From: Balanoglossus misakiensis
Lineage: Eukaryota; Animalia; Hemichordata
Assembly: GCA_040954595.2 (NCBI GenBank)
Contig: CM082595.2
Location: 9,165,918 to 9,229,917, forward strand
Length of the DNA: 64,000 bases
Reading direction: 5' to 3'
The notes beneath the pieces were generated by a model, which saw only the letters and a list, made by a program, of their open reading frames with translations, ran no database searches and had not been told where the DNA came from. Shown here piece by piece: positions 1 to 13,800 of this stretch (position 1 is its first letter; each line of letters opens with the position of its first letter). A program made the translations under genes and the position numbers.

Positions 1-22
1 TTTCGTCTATTTTGAAAAAAAT

Positions 23-3000
23 CATAGGTTCGTCGATTTAAAAAAAAAAAACATGGGTGAAAATCATCAAAAAATGACACATTTTCGACTTTGCAAAATC
101 TCAAAATTTCGTCGATTTTTGAAAAAAATCATGGGTGAATATCATCAAAAAATGACAAATTTTCGACTTTGCAAAATCTCAAAATTTCGTCGATTTTTGA
201 AAAAATCATGGGTGAAAATCATGAAAAAATGACAAATTTTGAAAAAAAACCGGGTGAAAATCGTCAAAAAATGACACATTTTCGACTTTGCAAAATCTCA
301 AAATTTCGTCGATTTTTGAAAAAAAATCATGGGTGAAACCATCAAAAAATGACAAATTTTCGACTTTGCAAAATCTCAAAATTTCGTCGATTTTTGAAAA
401 AAATCATGGGTGAAAATCATCAAAAAATGACAAATTTTCGACTTTGCAAAATCTCAAAATTTCGTCGATTTTGAAAAAAATCATGGGTGAAAATCATCAA
501 AAAATGACACATTTTCGACTTTGCAAAATCTCAAAATTTCGTCGATTTTTGAAAAAAATCATGGGTGAAAATCATCAAAAAATGACACATTTTCGACTTT
601 GCAAAATCTCAAAATTTCGTCGATTTTTGAAAAAAAATAATGGGTGAAAATCATCAAAAAATGACACATTTTCGACTTTGCAAAATCTCAAAATTTCGTC
701 GATTTTTGAAAAAAAATCATGGGTGAAAATCATCAAAAAATGACAAATTTTGAAAAAAAACGGGTGAAAATCATCAAAAAATGACACATTTTCGACTTTG
801 CAAAATCTCAAAATTTCGTCGATTTTTGAAAAAAAATCATGGGTGAAAATCATCAAAAAATGACAAATTTTCGTCTTTGCAAAATCTCAAAATTTCGTCC
901 ATTTTTGAAAAAAAATCATGGGGGAAAATCATCAAAAAATGACAAATTTTCGACTTTGCAAAATCTCAAAATTTCGTCGATTTTGAAAAAAACCATTGGG
1001 GGAAAATCATCAAAAAATGACAAATTACGATTTTGCAAAATCTCAAAATTTCGTCGATTTTTGAAAAAAAATCATGGTTGAAAATCATCAAAAAATGACA
1101 AAATTTTCGACTTTGCAAAATCACAAAATTTCGTCTATTTTGAAAAAAATCATAGGTTCGTCGATTTTAAAAAAAAAACATGGGTGAAAATCATCAAAAA
1201 ATGACACATTTTCGACTTTGCAAAATCTCAAAATTTCGTCGATTTTTGAAAAAAATCATGGGTGAATATCATCAAAAAATGACAAATTTTCGACTTTGCA
1301 AAATCTCAAAATTTCGTCGATTTTTGAAAAAAATCATGGGTGAAAATCATGAAAAAATGACAAATTTTGAAAAAAAACCGGGTGAAAATCGTCAAAAAAT
1401 GACACATTTTCGACTTTGCAAAATCTCAAAATTTCGTCGATTTTTGAAAAAAAATCATGGGTGAAAACCATCAAAAAATGACAAATTTTCGACTTTGCAA
1501 AATCTCAAAATTTCGTCGATTTTTGAAAAAAATCATGGGTGAAAATCATCAAAAAATGACAAATTTTCGACTTTGCAAAATCTCAAAATTTCGTCGATTT
1601 TTGAAGAAAATCATGGGTGAAAATCATCAAAAAATGACAAATTTTCGACTTTGCAAATCTGAAAATTTCGTCGATTTTTGAAAAAAATCATGGGGGAAAA
1701 TGATCAAAAAATGACAAATTTTCGACTGCAAAATCTCAAAATTTCGTCAATTTTGAAAAAAATCATGGGTGAAAATCATCAAAAAATGACAATTTTTTTA
1801 CTGCAAAATCTCAAAATTTCATCGATTTTTGAAAAAAATCATGGGTGAAAATCATCAAAAAATGATAAATTTTCGACTTTGCAAAATCTCAAAATTTCGT
1901 CGATTTTTGAAGAAAATCAAGGGGTGAAAATCATCAAAAAATGACACATTTTCGACTTTGCAAAATCTCAAAATTTCGTCGATTTTTGAAAAAAAATCAT
2001 GGGTGAAAACCATCAAAAAATGACAAATTTTCGACTTTGCAAAATCTGAAAATTTCGTCGATTTTTGAAAAAAATCATGGGGGAAAATGATCAAAAAATG
2101 ACAAATTTTCGACTGCAAAATCTCAAAATTTCGTCAATTTTGAAAAAAATCATGGGGAAAATCATCAAAAAATGACAATTTTTTTACTGCAAAATCTCAA
2201 AATTTCATCGATTTTTGAAAAAAATCATGGGTGAAAATCATCAAAAAATGATAAATTTTCGACTTTGCAAAATCTCAAAATTTCGTCGATTTTGAAGAAA
2301 ATCAAGGGTGAAAATCATCAAAAAATGACACATTTTCGACTTTGCAAAATCTCAAAATTTCGTCGATTTTTGAAAAAAAATCATGGGTGAAAACCATCAA
2401 AAAATGACAAATTTTCGACTTTGCAAAATCTCAAAATTTCGTCGATTTTGAAGAAAATCATAGGTGAAAATCATCAAAAATGATAAATTTTCGACTTTGC
2501 AAAATCTCAAAATTTCGTCGATTTTTGAAGAAAATCAAGGGTGAAAATCATCAAAAAATGACAAAATTTTCGACTTTGTAAAATCACAAAATTTCGTCGA
2601 TTTTTGAAAAAAAATCATGAATGAAAATCATCAAAAAATGACAAAATTTTCGACTTTGAAAAATCACAAAATTTCGTCGATTTTTGAAAAAAAATCATGG
2701 GTGAAAATCATGAAAAAATGACAAATTTTGAAAAAAAACCGGGTGAAAATCATCAAAAAATGACACATTTTCGACTTTGCAAAATCTCAACATTTAGTCG
2801 ATTTTTGAAAAAAATCATGGTTGAAAATCATCAAAAAATGACAAAATTTTCGACTTTGCAAAATCTCAACATTTCGTCGATTTTTGAAAAAAAATCATGG
2901 GTGAAAATCATCAAAAAATGACAAATTTTCGACTTTGCAAAATCTCAACATTTCGTCGATTTTTTGAAAAAAATCATGGGTGAAAATCATCAAAAAATGA

Positions 3001-6000
3001 CAAATTTTCGACTTCGCAAAATCTCAAAATTTCGTCGATTTTTGAAAAAAATCATGGGTGAAAATCATCAAAAAATGACACATTTTCGACTTTGCAAAAT
3101 CTCAAAATTTCGTCGATTTTTGAAAAAAAATCATGGGTGAAAATCATCAAAAATGACAAATTTTGAAAAAAAAACGGGTGAAAATCATCAAAAAATGACA
3201 CATTTTCGACTTTGCAAAATCTCAAAATTTCGTCGATTTTTGAAGAAAATCATGGGTGAAAATCATCAAAAAATGACAAATTTTCGACTTTGCAAAATCT
3301 CAAAATTTCGTCGATTTTTGAAAAAAATCATGGGGGAAAATCATCAAAAAATTACAAATTTTCGACTGCAAAATCTCAAAATTTCGTCGATTTTTGAAAA
3401 AATCATGGGTGAAAATCATGAAAAAATGACAAATTTTCGACTTTGCAAAATCTCAAAATTTCGTCGATTTTTGAAAAAAATCATGGGTGAAAATCATGAA
3501 AAAATGACAAATTTTGAAAAAAAAACGGGTGAAAATCGTCAAAAAATGACACATTTTCGACTTTGCAAAATCTCAAAATTTCGTCGATTTTTGAAAAAAA
3601 ATCATGGGTGAAAACCATCAAAAAATGACAAATTTTCGACTTTGCAAAATCTCAACATTTCGTCGATTTTTGAAAAAAAATCATGGGTGAAAATCATCAA
3701 AAAATGACAAATTTTCGACTTTGCAAAATCTCAACATTTCGTCGATTTTTGAAAAAAATCATGGGTGAAAATCATCAAAAAATGACAAATTTTCGACTTC
3801 GCAAAATCTCAAAATTTCGTCGATTTTTGAAAAAAATCATGGGTGAAAATCATCAAAAAATGACACATTTCGACTTTGCAAAATCTCAAATTTCGTCGAT
3901 TTTTGAAAAAAAATCATGGGTGAAAATCATCAAAAAATGACAAATTTTGAAAAAAAACGGGTGAAAATCATCAAAAAATGACACATTTTCGACTTTGCAA
4001 AATCTCAAAATTTCGTCGATTTTTGAAGAAAATCATGGGTGAAAATCATCAAAAAATGACAAATTTTCGACTTTGCAAAATCTCAAAATTTCGTCGATTT
4101 TTGAAAAAAATCATGGGGGAAAATCATCAAAAAATTACAAATTTTCGACTGCAAAATCTCAAAATTTCGTCGATTTTTGAAAAAATCATGGGTGAAAATC
4201 ATGAAAAAATGACAAATTTTCGACTTTGCAAAATCTGAAAATTTCGTCGATTTTTGAAAAAAATCATGGGGGAAAATGATCAAAAAATGACAAATTTTCG
4301 ACTGCAAAATCTCAAAATTTCGTCAATTTTGAAAAAAATCATGGGTGAAAATCATCAAAAAATGACAATTTTTTTACTGCAAAATCTCAAAATTTCATCG
4401 ATTTTTGAAAAAAATCATGGGTGAAAATCATCAAAAAATGATAAATTTTCGACTTTGCAAAATCTCAAAATTTCGTCGATTTTTGAAGAAAATCAAGGGT
4501 GAAAATCATCAAAAAATGACAAAATTTTCGACTTTGTAAAATCACAAAATTTCGTCGATTTTTGAAAAAAAAATCATGGTTGAAAATCATCAAAAAATGA
4601 CAAAATTTTCGACTTTGAAAAATCACAAAATTTCGTCGATTTTTGAAAAAAATCATGGGTGAAAATCATGAAAAAATGACAAATTTTGAAAAAAAACGGG
4701 TGAAAATCATCAAAAAATGACACATTTTCGACTTTGCAAAATCTCAACATTTCGTCGATTTTTTAAAAAAAATTGTTGAAAATCATCAAAAAATGACAAA
4801 TTTTCGACTTCGCAAAATCTCAAAATTTCGTCGATTTTTGAAAAAAATCATGGGTGAAAATCATCAAAAAATGACACATTTTCGACTTTGCAAAATCTCA
4901 AAATTTCGTCGATTTTTGAAAAAAAAATCATGGGTGAAAATCATCAAAAAATGACAAATTTTGAAAAAAAACGGGTGAAAATCATCAAAAAAATGACACA
5001 TTTTCGACTTTGCAAAATCTCAAAATTTCGTCGATTTTTGAAGAAAATCATGGGTGAAAATCATCAAAAAATGACAAATTTTCGACTTTGCAAAATCTCA
5101 AAATTTCGTCGATTTTTGAAAAAAATCATGGGGGAAAATCATCAAAAAATTACAAATTTTCGACTGCAAAATCTCAAAATTTCGTCGATTTTTGAAAAAA
5201 TCATGGGTGAAAATCATGAAAAAATGACAAAATTTTCGACTTTGCAAAAATCTGAAAATTTCGTCCATTTTTGGAAAAAAACATGGGGGAAAATGATCAA
5301 AAAATGACAAATTTTCGACTGCAAAATCTCAAAATTTCGTCAATTTTGAAAAAAATTATGGGTGAAAATCATCAAAAAATGACAATTTTTTTACTGCAAA
5401 ATCTCAAAATTTCATCGATTTTTGAAAAAAATCATGGGTGAAAATCATCAAAAAATGATAAATTTTCGACTTTGCAAAATCTCAAAATTTCGTCGATTTT
5501 TGAAGAAAATCAAGGGTGAAAATCATCAAAAAATGACAAAATTTTCGACTTTGTAAAATCACAAAATTTCGTCGATTTTTGAAAAAAATAATGGGTGAAA
5601 ATCATCAAAAAATGACACATTTTCGACTTTGCAAAATCTCAAAATTTCGTCGATTTTTGAAAAAAAATCATGGGTGAAAATCATCAAAAAATGACAAATT
5701 TTGAAAAAAAACGGGTGAAAATCATCAAAAAATGACACATTTTCGACTTTGCAAAATCTCAAAATTTCGTCGATTTTTGAAAAAAAATCATGGGTGAAAA
5801 TCATCAAAAAATGACAAATTTTCGTCTTTGCAAAATCTCAAAATTTCGTCCATTTTTGAAAAAAAATCATGGGGGAAAATCATCAAAAAATGACAAATTT
5901 TCGACTTTGCAAAATCTCAAAATTTCGTCGATTTTGAAAAAAACCATTGGGGGAAAATCATCAAAAAATGACAAATTTACGATTTTGCAAAATCTCAAAA

Positions 6001-7800
6001 TTTCGTCGATTTTTGAAAAAAATCATGGTTGAAAATCATCAAAAAATGACAAAATTTTCGACTTTGCAAAATCACAAAATTTCGTCTATTTTGAAAAAAA
6101 TCATAGGTTCGTCGATTTTAAAAAAAAAAACATGGGTGAAAATCATCAAAAAATGACACATTTTCGACTTTGCAAAATCTCAAAATTTCGTCGATTTTTG
6201 AAAAAAATCATGGGTGAATATCATCAAAAAATGACAAATTTTCGACTTTGCAAAATCTCAAAATTTCGTCGATTTTTGAAAAAAATCATGGGTGAAAATC
6301 ATGAAAAAAATGACAAATTTTGAAAAAAAACCGGGTGAAAATCGTCAAAAAATGACACATTTTCGACTTTGCAAAATCTCAAAATTTCGTCGATTTTTGA
6401 AAAAAAATCATGGGTGAAAACCATCAAAAAATGACAAATTTTCGACTTTGCAAAATCTCAAAATTTCGTCGATTTTTGAAAAAAATCATGGGTGAAAATC
6501 ATCAAAAAATGACAAATTTTCGACTTTGCAAAATCTCAAAATTTCGTCGATTTTTGAAAAAAATCATGGGTGAAAATCATCAAAAATGACACATTTTCGA
6601 CTTTGCAAAATCTCAAAATTTCGTCGATTTTTGAAAAAAATCATGGGTGAAAATCATCAAAAAATGACACATTTTCGACTTTGCAAAATCTCAAAATTTC
6701 GTCGATTTTTGAAAAAAAATAATGGGTGAAAATCATCAAAAAATGACACATTTTCGACTTTGCAAAATCTCAAAATTTCGTCGATTTTTGAAAAAAAATC
6801 ATGGGTGAAAATCATCAAAAAATGACAAATTTTGAAAAAAACGGGTGAAAATCATCAAAAAATGACACATTTTCGACTTTGCAAAATCTCAAAATTTCGT
6901 CGATTTTTGAAAAAAAATCATGGGTGAAAATCATCAAAAAATGACAAATTTTCGTCTTTGCAAAATCTCAAAATTTCGTCCATTTTTGAAAAAAAATCAT
7001 GGGGGAAAATCATCAAAAAATGACAAATTTTCGACTTTGCAAAATCTCAAAATTTCGTCGATTTTGAAAAAAACCATTGGGGGAAAATCATCAAAAAATG
7101 ACAAATTTACGATTTTGCAAAATCTCAAAATTTCGTCGATTTTTGAAAAAAAATCATGGTTGAAAATCATCAAAAAATGACAAAATTTTCGACTTTGCAA
7201 AATCACAAAATTTCGTCTATTTTGAAAAAAATCATAGGTTCGTCGATTTTAAAAAAAAAACATGGGTGAAAATCATCAAAAAATGACACATTTTCGACTT
7301 TGCAAAATCTCAAAATTTCGTCGATTTTTGAAAAAAATCATGGGTGAATATCATCAAAAAATGACAAATTTTCGACTTTGCAAAATCTCAAAATTTCGTC
7401 GATTTTTGAAAAAAATCATGGGTGAAAATCATGAAAAAATGACAAATTTTGAAAAAAAACCGGGTGAAAATCGTCAAAAAATGACACATTTTCGACTTTG
7501 CAAAATCTCAAAATTTCGTCGATTTTTGAAAAAAAATCATGGGTGAAAACCATCAAAAAATGACAAATTTTCGACTTTGCAAAATCTCAAAATTTCGTCG
7601 ATTTTTGAAAAAAATCATGGGTGAAAATCATCAAAAAATGACAAATTTTCGACTTTGCAAAATCTCAAAATTTCGTCCATTTTTGAAGAAAATCATGGGT
7701 GAAAATCATCAAAAAATGACAAATTTTCGACTTTGCAAAATCTGAAAATTTCGTCGATTTTTGAAAAAAATCATGGGGGAAAATGATCAAAAAATGACAA
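23..7800 (+). repeat. ~1.13-kb higher-order repeat, duplicated again at ~6.08-kb spacing
   Basis: The rare marker CATAGGTTCGTCGATTT occurs at 23, 1151, 6102 and 7233 (spacings 1128 and 1131). Matching ORF-track translations lie at 839/6920 and 1180/7262 (offset ~6081). Confidence 0.8.
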
Positions 7801-10800
7801 ATTTTCGACTGCAAAATCTCAAAATTTCGTCAATTTTGAAAAAAATCATGGGTGAAAATCATCAAAAAATGACAATTTTTTTACTGCAAAATCTCAAAAT
7901 TTCATCGATTTTTGAAAAAAATCATGGGTGAAAATCATCAAAAAATGATAAATTTTCGACTTTGCAAAATCTCAAAATTTCGTCGATTTTTGAAGAAAAT
8001 CAAGGGTGAAAATCATCAAAAAATGACACATTTTCGACTTTGCAAATCTCAAAATTTCGTCGATTTTTGAAAAAAAATCATGGGTGAAAACCATCAAAAA
8101 ATGACAAATTTTCGACTTTGCAAAATCTCAAAATTTCGTCGATTTTTGAAAAAAATCATGGGTGAAAATCATCAAAAAATGACAAATTTTCGACTTTGCA
8201 AAATCTCAAAATTTCGTCGATTTTTGAAGAAAATCATGGGTGAAAATCATCAAAAAATGACAAATTTTCGACTTTGCAAAATCTCAAAATTTCGTCGATT
8301 TTTGAAAAAAATCATGGGGGAAAATCATCAAAAAATTACAAATTTTCGACTGCAAAATCTCAAAATTTTGTCGATTTTTGAAAAAATCATGGGTGAAAAT
8401 CATGAAAAAATGACAAATTTTCGACTTTGCAAAAATCTGAAAATTTCGTCGATTTTTGAAAAAAATCATGGGGGAAAATGATCAAAAAATGACAAATTTT
8501 CGACTGCAAAATCTCAAAATTTCGTCAATTTTGAAAAAAATCATGGGGGAAAATCATCAAAAAATGACAATTTTTTTACTGCAAAATCTCAAAATTTCAT
8601 CGATTTTTGAAAAAAATCATGGGTGAAAATCATCAAAAAATGATAAATTTTCGACTTTGCAAAATCTCAAAATTTCGTCGATTTTTGGAAGAAAATCAAG
8701 GGTGAAAATCATCAAAAAATGACACATTTTCGACTTTGCAAAATCTCAAAATTTCGTCGATTTTTGAAAAAAAATCATGGGTGAAAACCATCAAAAAATG
8801 ACAAATTTTCGACTTTGCAAAATCTCAAAATTTCGTCGATTTTTGAAGAAAATCATAGGTGAAAATCATCAAAAAATGATAAATTTTCGACTTTGCAAAA
8901 TCTCAAAATTTCGTCGATTTTTGAAGAAAATCAAGGGTGAAAATCATCAAAAAATGACAAAATTTTCGACTTTGTAAAATCACAAAATTTCGTCGATTTT
9001 TGAAAAAAAATCATGAATGAAAATCATCAAAAAATGACAAAATTTTCGACTTTGAAAAATCACAAAATTTCGTCGATTTTTGAAAAAAAATCATGGGTGA
9101 AAATCATGAAAAAATGACAAATTTTGAAAAAAAACCGGGTGAAAATCATCAAAAAATGACACATTTTCGACTTTGCAAAATCTCAACATTTAGTCGATTT
9201 TTGAAAAAAATCATGGTTGAAAATCATCAAAAAATGACAAAATTTTCGACTTTGCAAAATCTCAACATTTCGTCGATTTTTGAAAAAAATCATGGGTGAA
9301 AATCATCAAAAAATGACAAATTTTCGACTTTGCAAAATCTCAACATTTCGTCGATTTTTGAAAAAAATCATGGGTGAAAATCATCAAAAAATGACAAATT
9401 TTCGACTTCGCAAAATCTCAAAATTTCGTCGATTTTTGAAAAAAATCATGGGTGAAAATCATCAAAAAATGACACATTTTCGACTTTGCAAAATCTCAAA
9501 ATTTCGTCGATTTTTGAAAAAAAATCATGGGTGAAAATCATCAAAAAATGACAAATTTTGAAAAAAAACGGGTGAAAATCATCAAAAAATGACACATTTT
9601 CGACTTTGCAAAATCTCAAAATTTAGTCGATTTTTGAAAAAAATCATGGTTGAAAATCATCAAAAAATGACAAAATTTTCGACTTTGCAAAATCTCAACA
9701 TTTCGTCGATTTTTGAAAAAAATCATGGGTGAAAATCATCAAAAAATGACAAATTTTCGACTTCGCAAAATCTCAACATTTCGTCGATTTTTGAAAAAAT
9801 CATGGGTGAAAATCATGAAAAAATGACAAATTTTCGACTTTGCAAAATCTGAAAATTTCGTCGATTTTTGAAAAAAATCATGGGGGAAAATGATCAAAAA
9901 ATGACAAATTTTCGACTGCAAAATCTCAAAATTTCGTCAATTTTGAAAAAAATCATGGGTGAAAATCATCAAAAAATGACAATTTTTTACTGCAAAATCT
10001 CAAAATTTCGTCGATTTTTGAAGAAAATCAAGGGTGAAAATCATCAAAAAATGACAAAATTTTCGACTTTGTAAAATCACAAAATTTCGTCGATTTTTGA
10101 AAAAAAATCATGGTTGAAAATCATCAAAAAATGACAAAATTTTCGACTTTGAAAAATCACAAAATTTCGTCGATTTTTGAAAAAAATCATGGGTGAAAAT
10201 CATGAAAAAATGACAAATTTTGAAAAAAAAACGGTGAAAATCATCAAAAAATGACACATTTTCGACTTTGCAAAATCTCAACATTTCGTCGATTTTTTAA
10301 AAAAAATTGTTGAAAATCATCAAAAAATGACAAATTTTCGACTTCGCAAAATCTCAAAATTTCGTCGATTTTTGAAAAAAATCATGGGTGAAAATCATCA
10401 AAAAATGACACATTTTCGACTTTGCAAAATCTCAAAATTTCGTCGATTTTTGAAAAAAATCATGGGTGAAAATCATCAAAAAATGACAAATTTTGAAAAA
10501 AAACGGGTGAAAATCATCAAAAAATGACACATTTTCGACTTTGCAAAATCTCAAAATTTCGTCGATTTTTGAAAAAAAATCATGGGTGAAAATCATCAAA
10601 AAATGACAAATTTTGAAAAAAAACGGGTGAAAATCATCAAAAAATGACACATTTTCGACTTTGCAAAATCTCAAAATTTCGTCGATTTTTGAAGAAAATC
10701 ATGGGTGAAAATCATCAAAAAATGACAAATTTTCGACTTTGCAAAATCTCAAAATTTCGTCGATTTTTGAAAAAAATCATGGGGGAAAATCATCAAAAAA

Positions 10801-13800
10801 TTACAAATTTTCGACTGCAAAATCTCAAAATTTCGTCGATTTTTGAAAAAATCATGGGTGAAAATCATGAAAAAATGACAAATTTTCGACTTTGCAAAAT
10901 CTGAAAATTTCGTCGATTTTTGAAAAAAATCATGGGGGAAAATGATCAAAAAATGACAAATTTTCGACTGCAAAATCTTAAAATTTCGTCAATTTTGAAA
11001 AAAATCATGGGTGAAAATCATCAAAAAATGACAATTTTTTTACTGCAAAATCTCAAAATTTCATCGATTTTTGAAAAAAATCATGGGTGAAAATCATCAA
11101 AAAATGATAAATTTTCGACTTTGCAAAATCTCAAAATTTCGTCGATTTTTGAAGAAAATCAAGGGTGAAAATCATCAAAAAATGACAAAATTTTCGACTT
11201 TGTAAAATCACAAAATTTCGTCGATTTTTGAAAAAAAATCATGGTTGAAAATCATCAAAAAATGACAAAATTTTCGACTTTGAAAAATCACAAAATTTCG
11301 TCGATTTTTGAAAAAAATCATGGGTGAAAATCATGAAAAAATGACAAATTTTGAAAAAAAAACGGGTGAAAATCATCAAAAAATGACACATTTTCGACTT
11401 TGCAAAATCTCAACATTTCGTCGATTTTTTAAAAAAAATTGTTGAAAATCATCAAAAAATGACAAATTTTCGACTTCGCAAAATCTCAAAATTTCGTCGA
11501 TTTTTGAAAAAAATCATGGGTGAAAATCATCAAAAAATGACACATTTTCGACTTTGCAAAATCTCAAAATTTCGTCGATTTTTGAAAAAAAATCATGGGT
11601 GAAAATCATCAAAAAATGACAAATTTTGAAAAAAAACGGGTGAAAATCATCAAAAAATGACACATTTTCGACTTTGCAAAATCTCAAAATTTCGTCGATT
11701 TTTTAAGAAAATCATGGGTGAAAATCATCAAAAAATGACAAATTTTCGACTTTGCAAAATCTCAAAATTTCGTCGATTTTTGAAAAAAATCATGGGGGAA
11801 AATCATCAAAAAATTACAAATTTTCGACTGCAAAATCTCAAAATTTCGTCGATTTTTGAAAAAAATCATGGGTGAAAATCATGAAAAAATGACAAATTTT
11901 CGACTTTGCAAAATCTGAAAATTTCGTCGATTTTTGAAAAAAATCATGGGGGAAAATGATCAAAAAATGACAAAATTTTCGACTGCAAAATCTTAAAATT
12001 TCGTCAATTTTGAAAAAAATCATGGGTGAAAATCATCAAAAAATGACAATTTTTTTACTGCAAAATCTCAAAATTTCATCGATTTTTGAAAAAAATCATG
12101 GGTGAAAATCATCAAAAAATGATAAATTTTCGACTTTGCAAAATCTCAAAATTTCGTCGATTTTTGAAGAAAATCAAGGGTGAAAATCATCAAAAAATGA
12201 CAAAATTTCGACTTTGTAAAATCACAAAATTTCGTCGATTTTTGAAAAAAAATCATGGTTGAAAATCATCAAAAAATGACAAAATTTTCGACTTTGAAAA
12301 ATCACAAAATTTCGTCGATTTTTGAAAAAAATCATGGTGAAAATCATGAAAAAATGACAAATTTTGAAAAAAAAACGGGTGAAAATCATCAAAAAATGAC
12401 ACATTTTCGACTTTGCAAAATCTCAACATTTCGTCGAGTTTTTAAAAAAAATTGTTGAAAATCATCAAAAAATGACAAATTTTCGACTTCGCAAAATCTC
12501 AAAATTTCGTCGATTTTTGAAAAAAATCATGGGTGAAAATCATCAAAAAATGACAAATTTTCGACTTTGCAAAATCTCAACATTTCGTCGATTTTTGAAA
12601 AAAATCATGGGTGAAAATCATCAAAAAATGACACATTTTCGACTTTGCAAAATCTCAAAATTTCGTCGATTTTTGAAAAAAATCATGGGTGAAAATCATC
12701 AAAAAATGACACATTTTCGACTTTGCAAAATCTCAAAATTTCGTCGATTTTTGAAAAAAATCATGGGTGAAAATCATCAAAAAATGACAAATTTTGAAAA
12801 AAAAACGGGTGAAAATCATCAAAAAATGACACATTTTCGACTTTGCAAAATCTCAAAATTTCGTCGATTTTTGAAAAAAATCATGGGTGAAAATCATCAA
12901 AAAATGACAAATTTTCGTCTTTGCAAAATCTCAAAATTTCGTCCATTTTTGAAAAAAAATCATGGGGGAAAATCATCAAAAAATGACAAATTTTCGACTT
13001 TGCAAAATCTCAAAATTTCGTCGATTTTTGAAAAAAATCATGGGTGAAAATCATCAAAAAATGACAAAATTTTCGACTTTGTAAAATCACAAAATTTCGT
13101 CGATTTTTGAAAAAAATCATGGTTGAAAATCATCAAAAAATGACAAAATTTTCGACTTTGAAAAATCACAAAATTTCGTCGATTTTTGAAAAAAATCATG
13201 GGTGAAAATCATGAAAAAATGACAAATTTTGAAAAAAAAACGGGTGAAAATCATCAAAAAATGACACATTTTCGACTTTGCAAAATCTCAACATTTCGTC
13301 GATTTTTTAAAAAAAATTGTTGAAAATCATCAAAAAATGACAAATTTTTCGACTTCGCAAAATCTCAAAATTTCGTCGATTTTTGAAAAAAATCATGGGT
13401 GAAAATCATCAAAAAATGACACATTTTCGACTTTGCAAAATCTCAAAATTTCGTCGATTTTTGAAAAAAAATCATGGGTGAAAATCATCAAAAATGACAA
13501 ATTTTGAAAAAAAACGGGTGAAAATCATCAAAAAATGACACATTTTCGACTTTGCAAAATCTCAAAATTTCGTCGATTTTTGAAGAAAATCATGGGTGAA
13601 AATCATCAAAAAATGACAAATTTTCCGACTTTGCAAAATCTCAAAATTTCGTCGATTTTTGAAAAAAATCATGGGGGAAAATCATCAAAAAATTACAAAT
13701 TTTCGACTGCAAAATCTCAAAATTTCGTCGATTTTTGAAAAAATCATGGGTGAAAATCATGAAAAAATGACAAATTTTCGACTTTGCAAAATCTGAAAAT

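Noticed and set aside
6831-6846. CENP-B-box-like motif TTTG-A7-CGGG in the half-monomer
   Set aside because: It lacks the essential TTCG, and most copies have 8-9 As, which breaks the required spacing.
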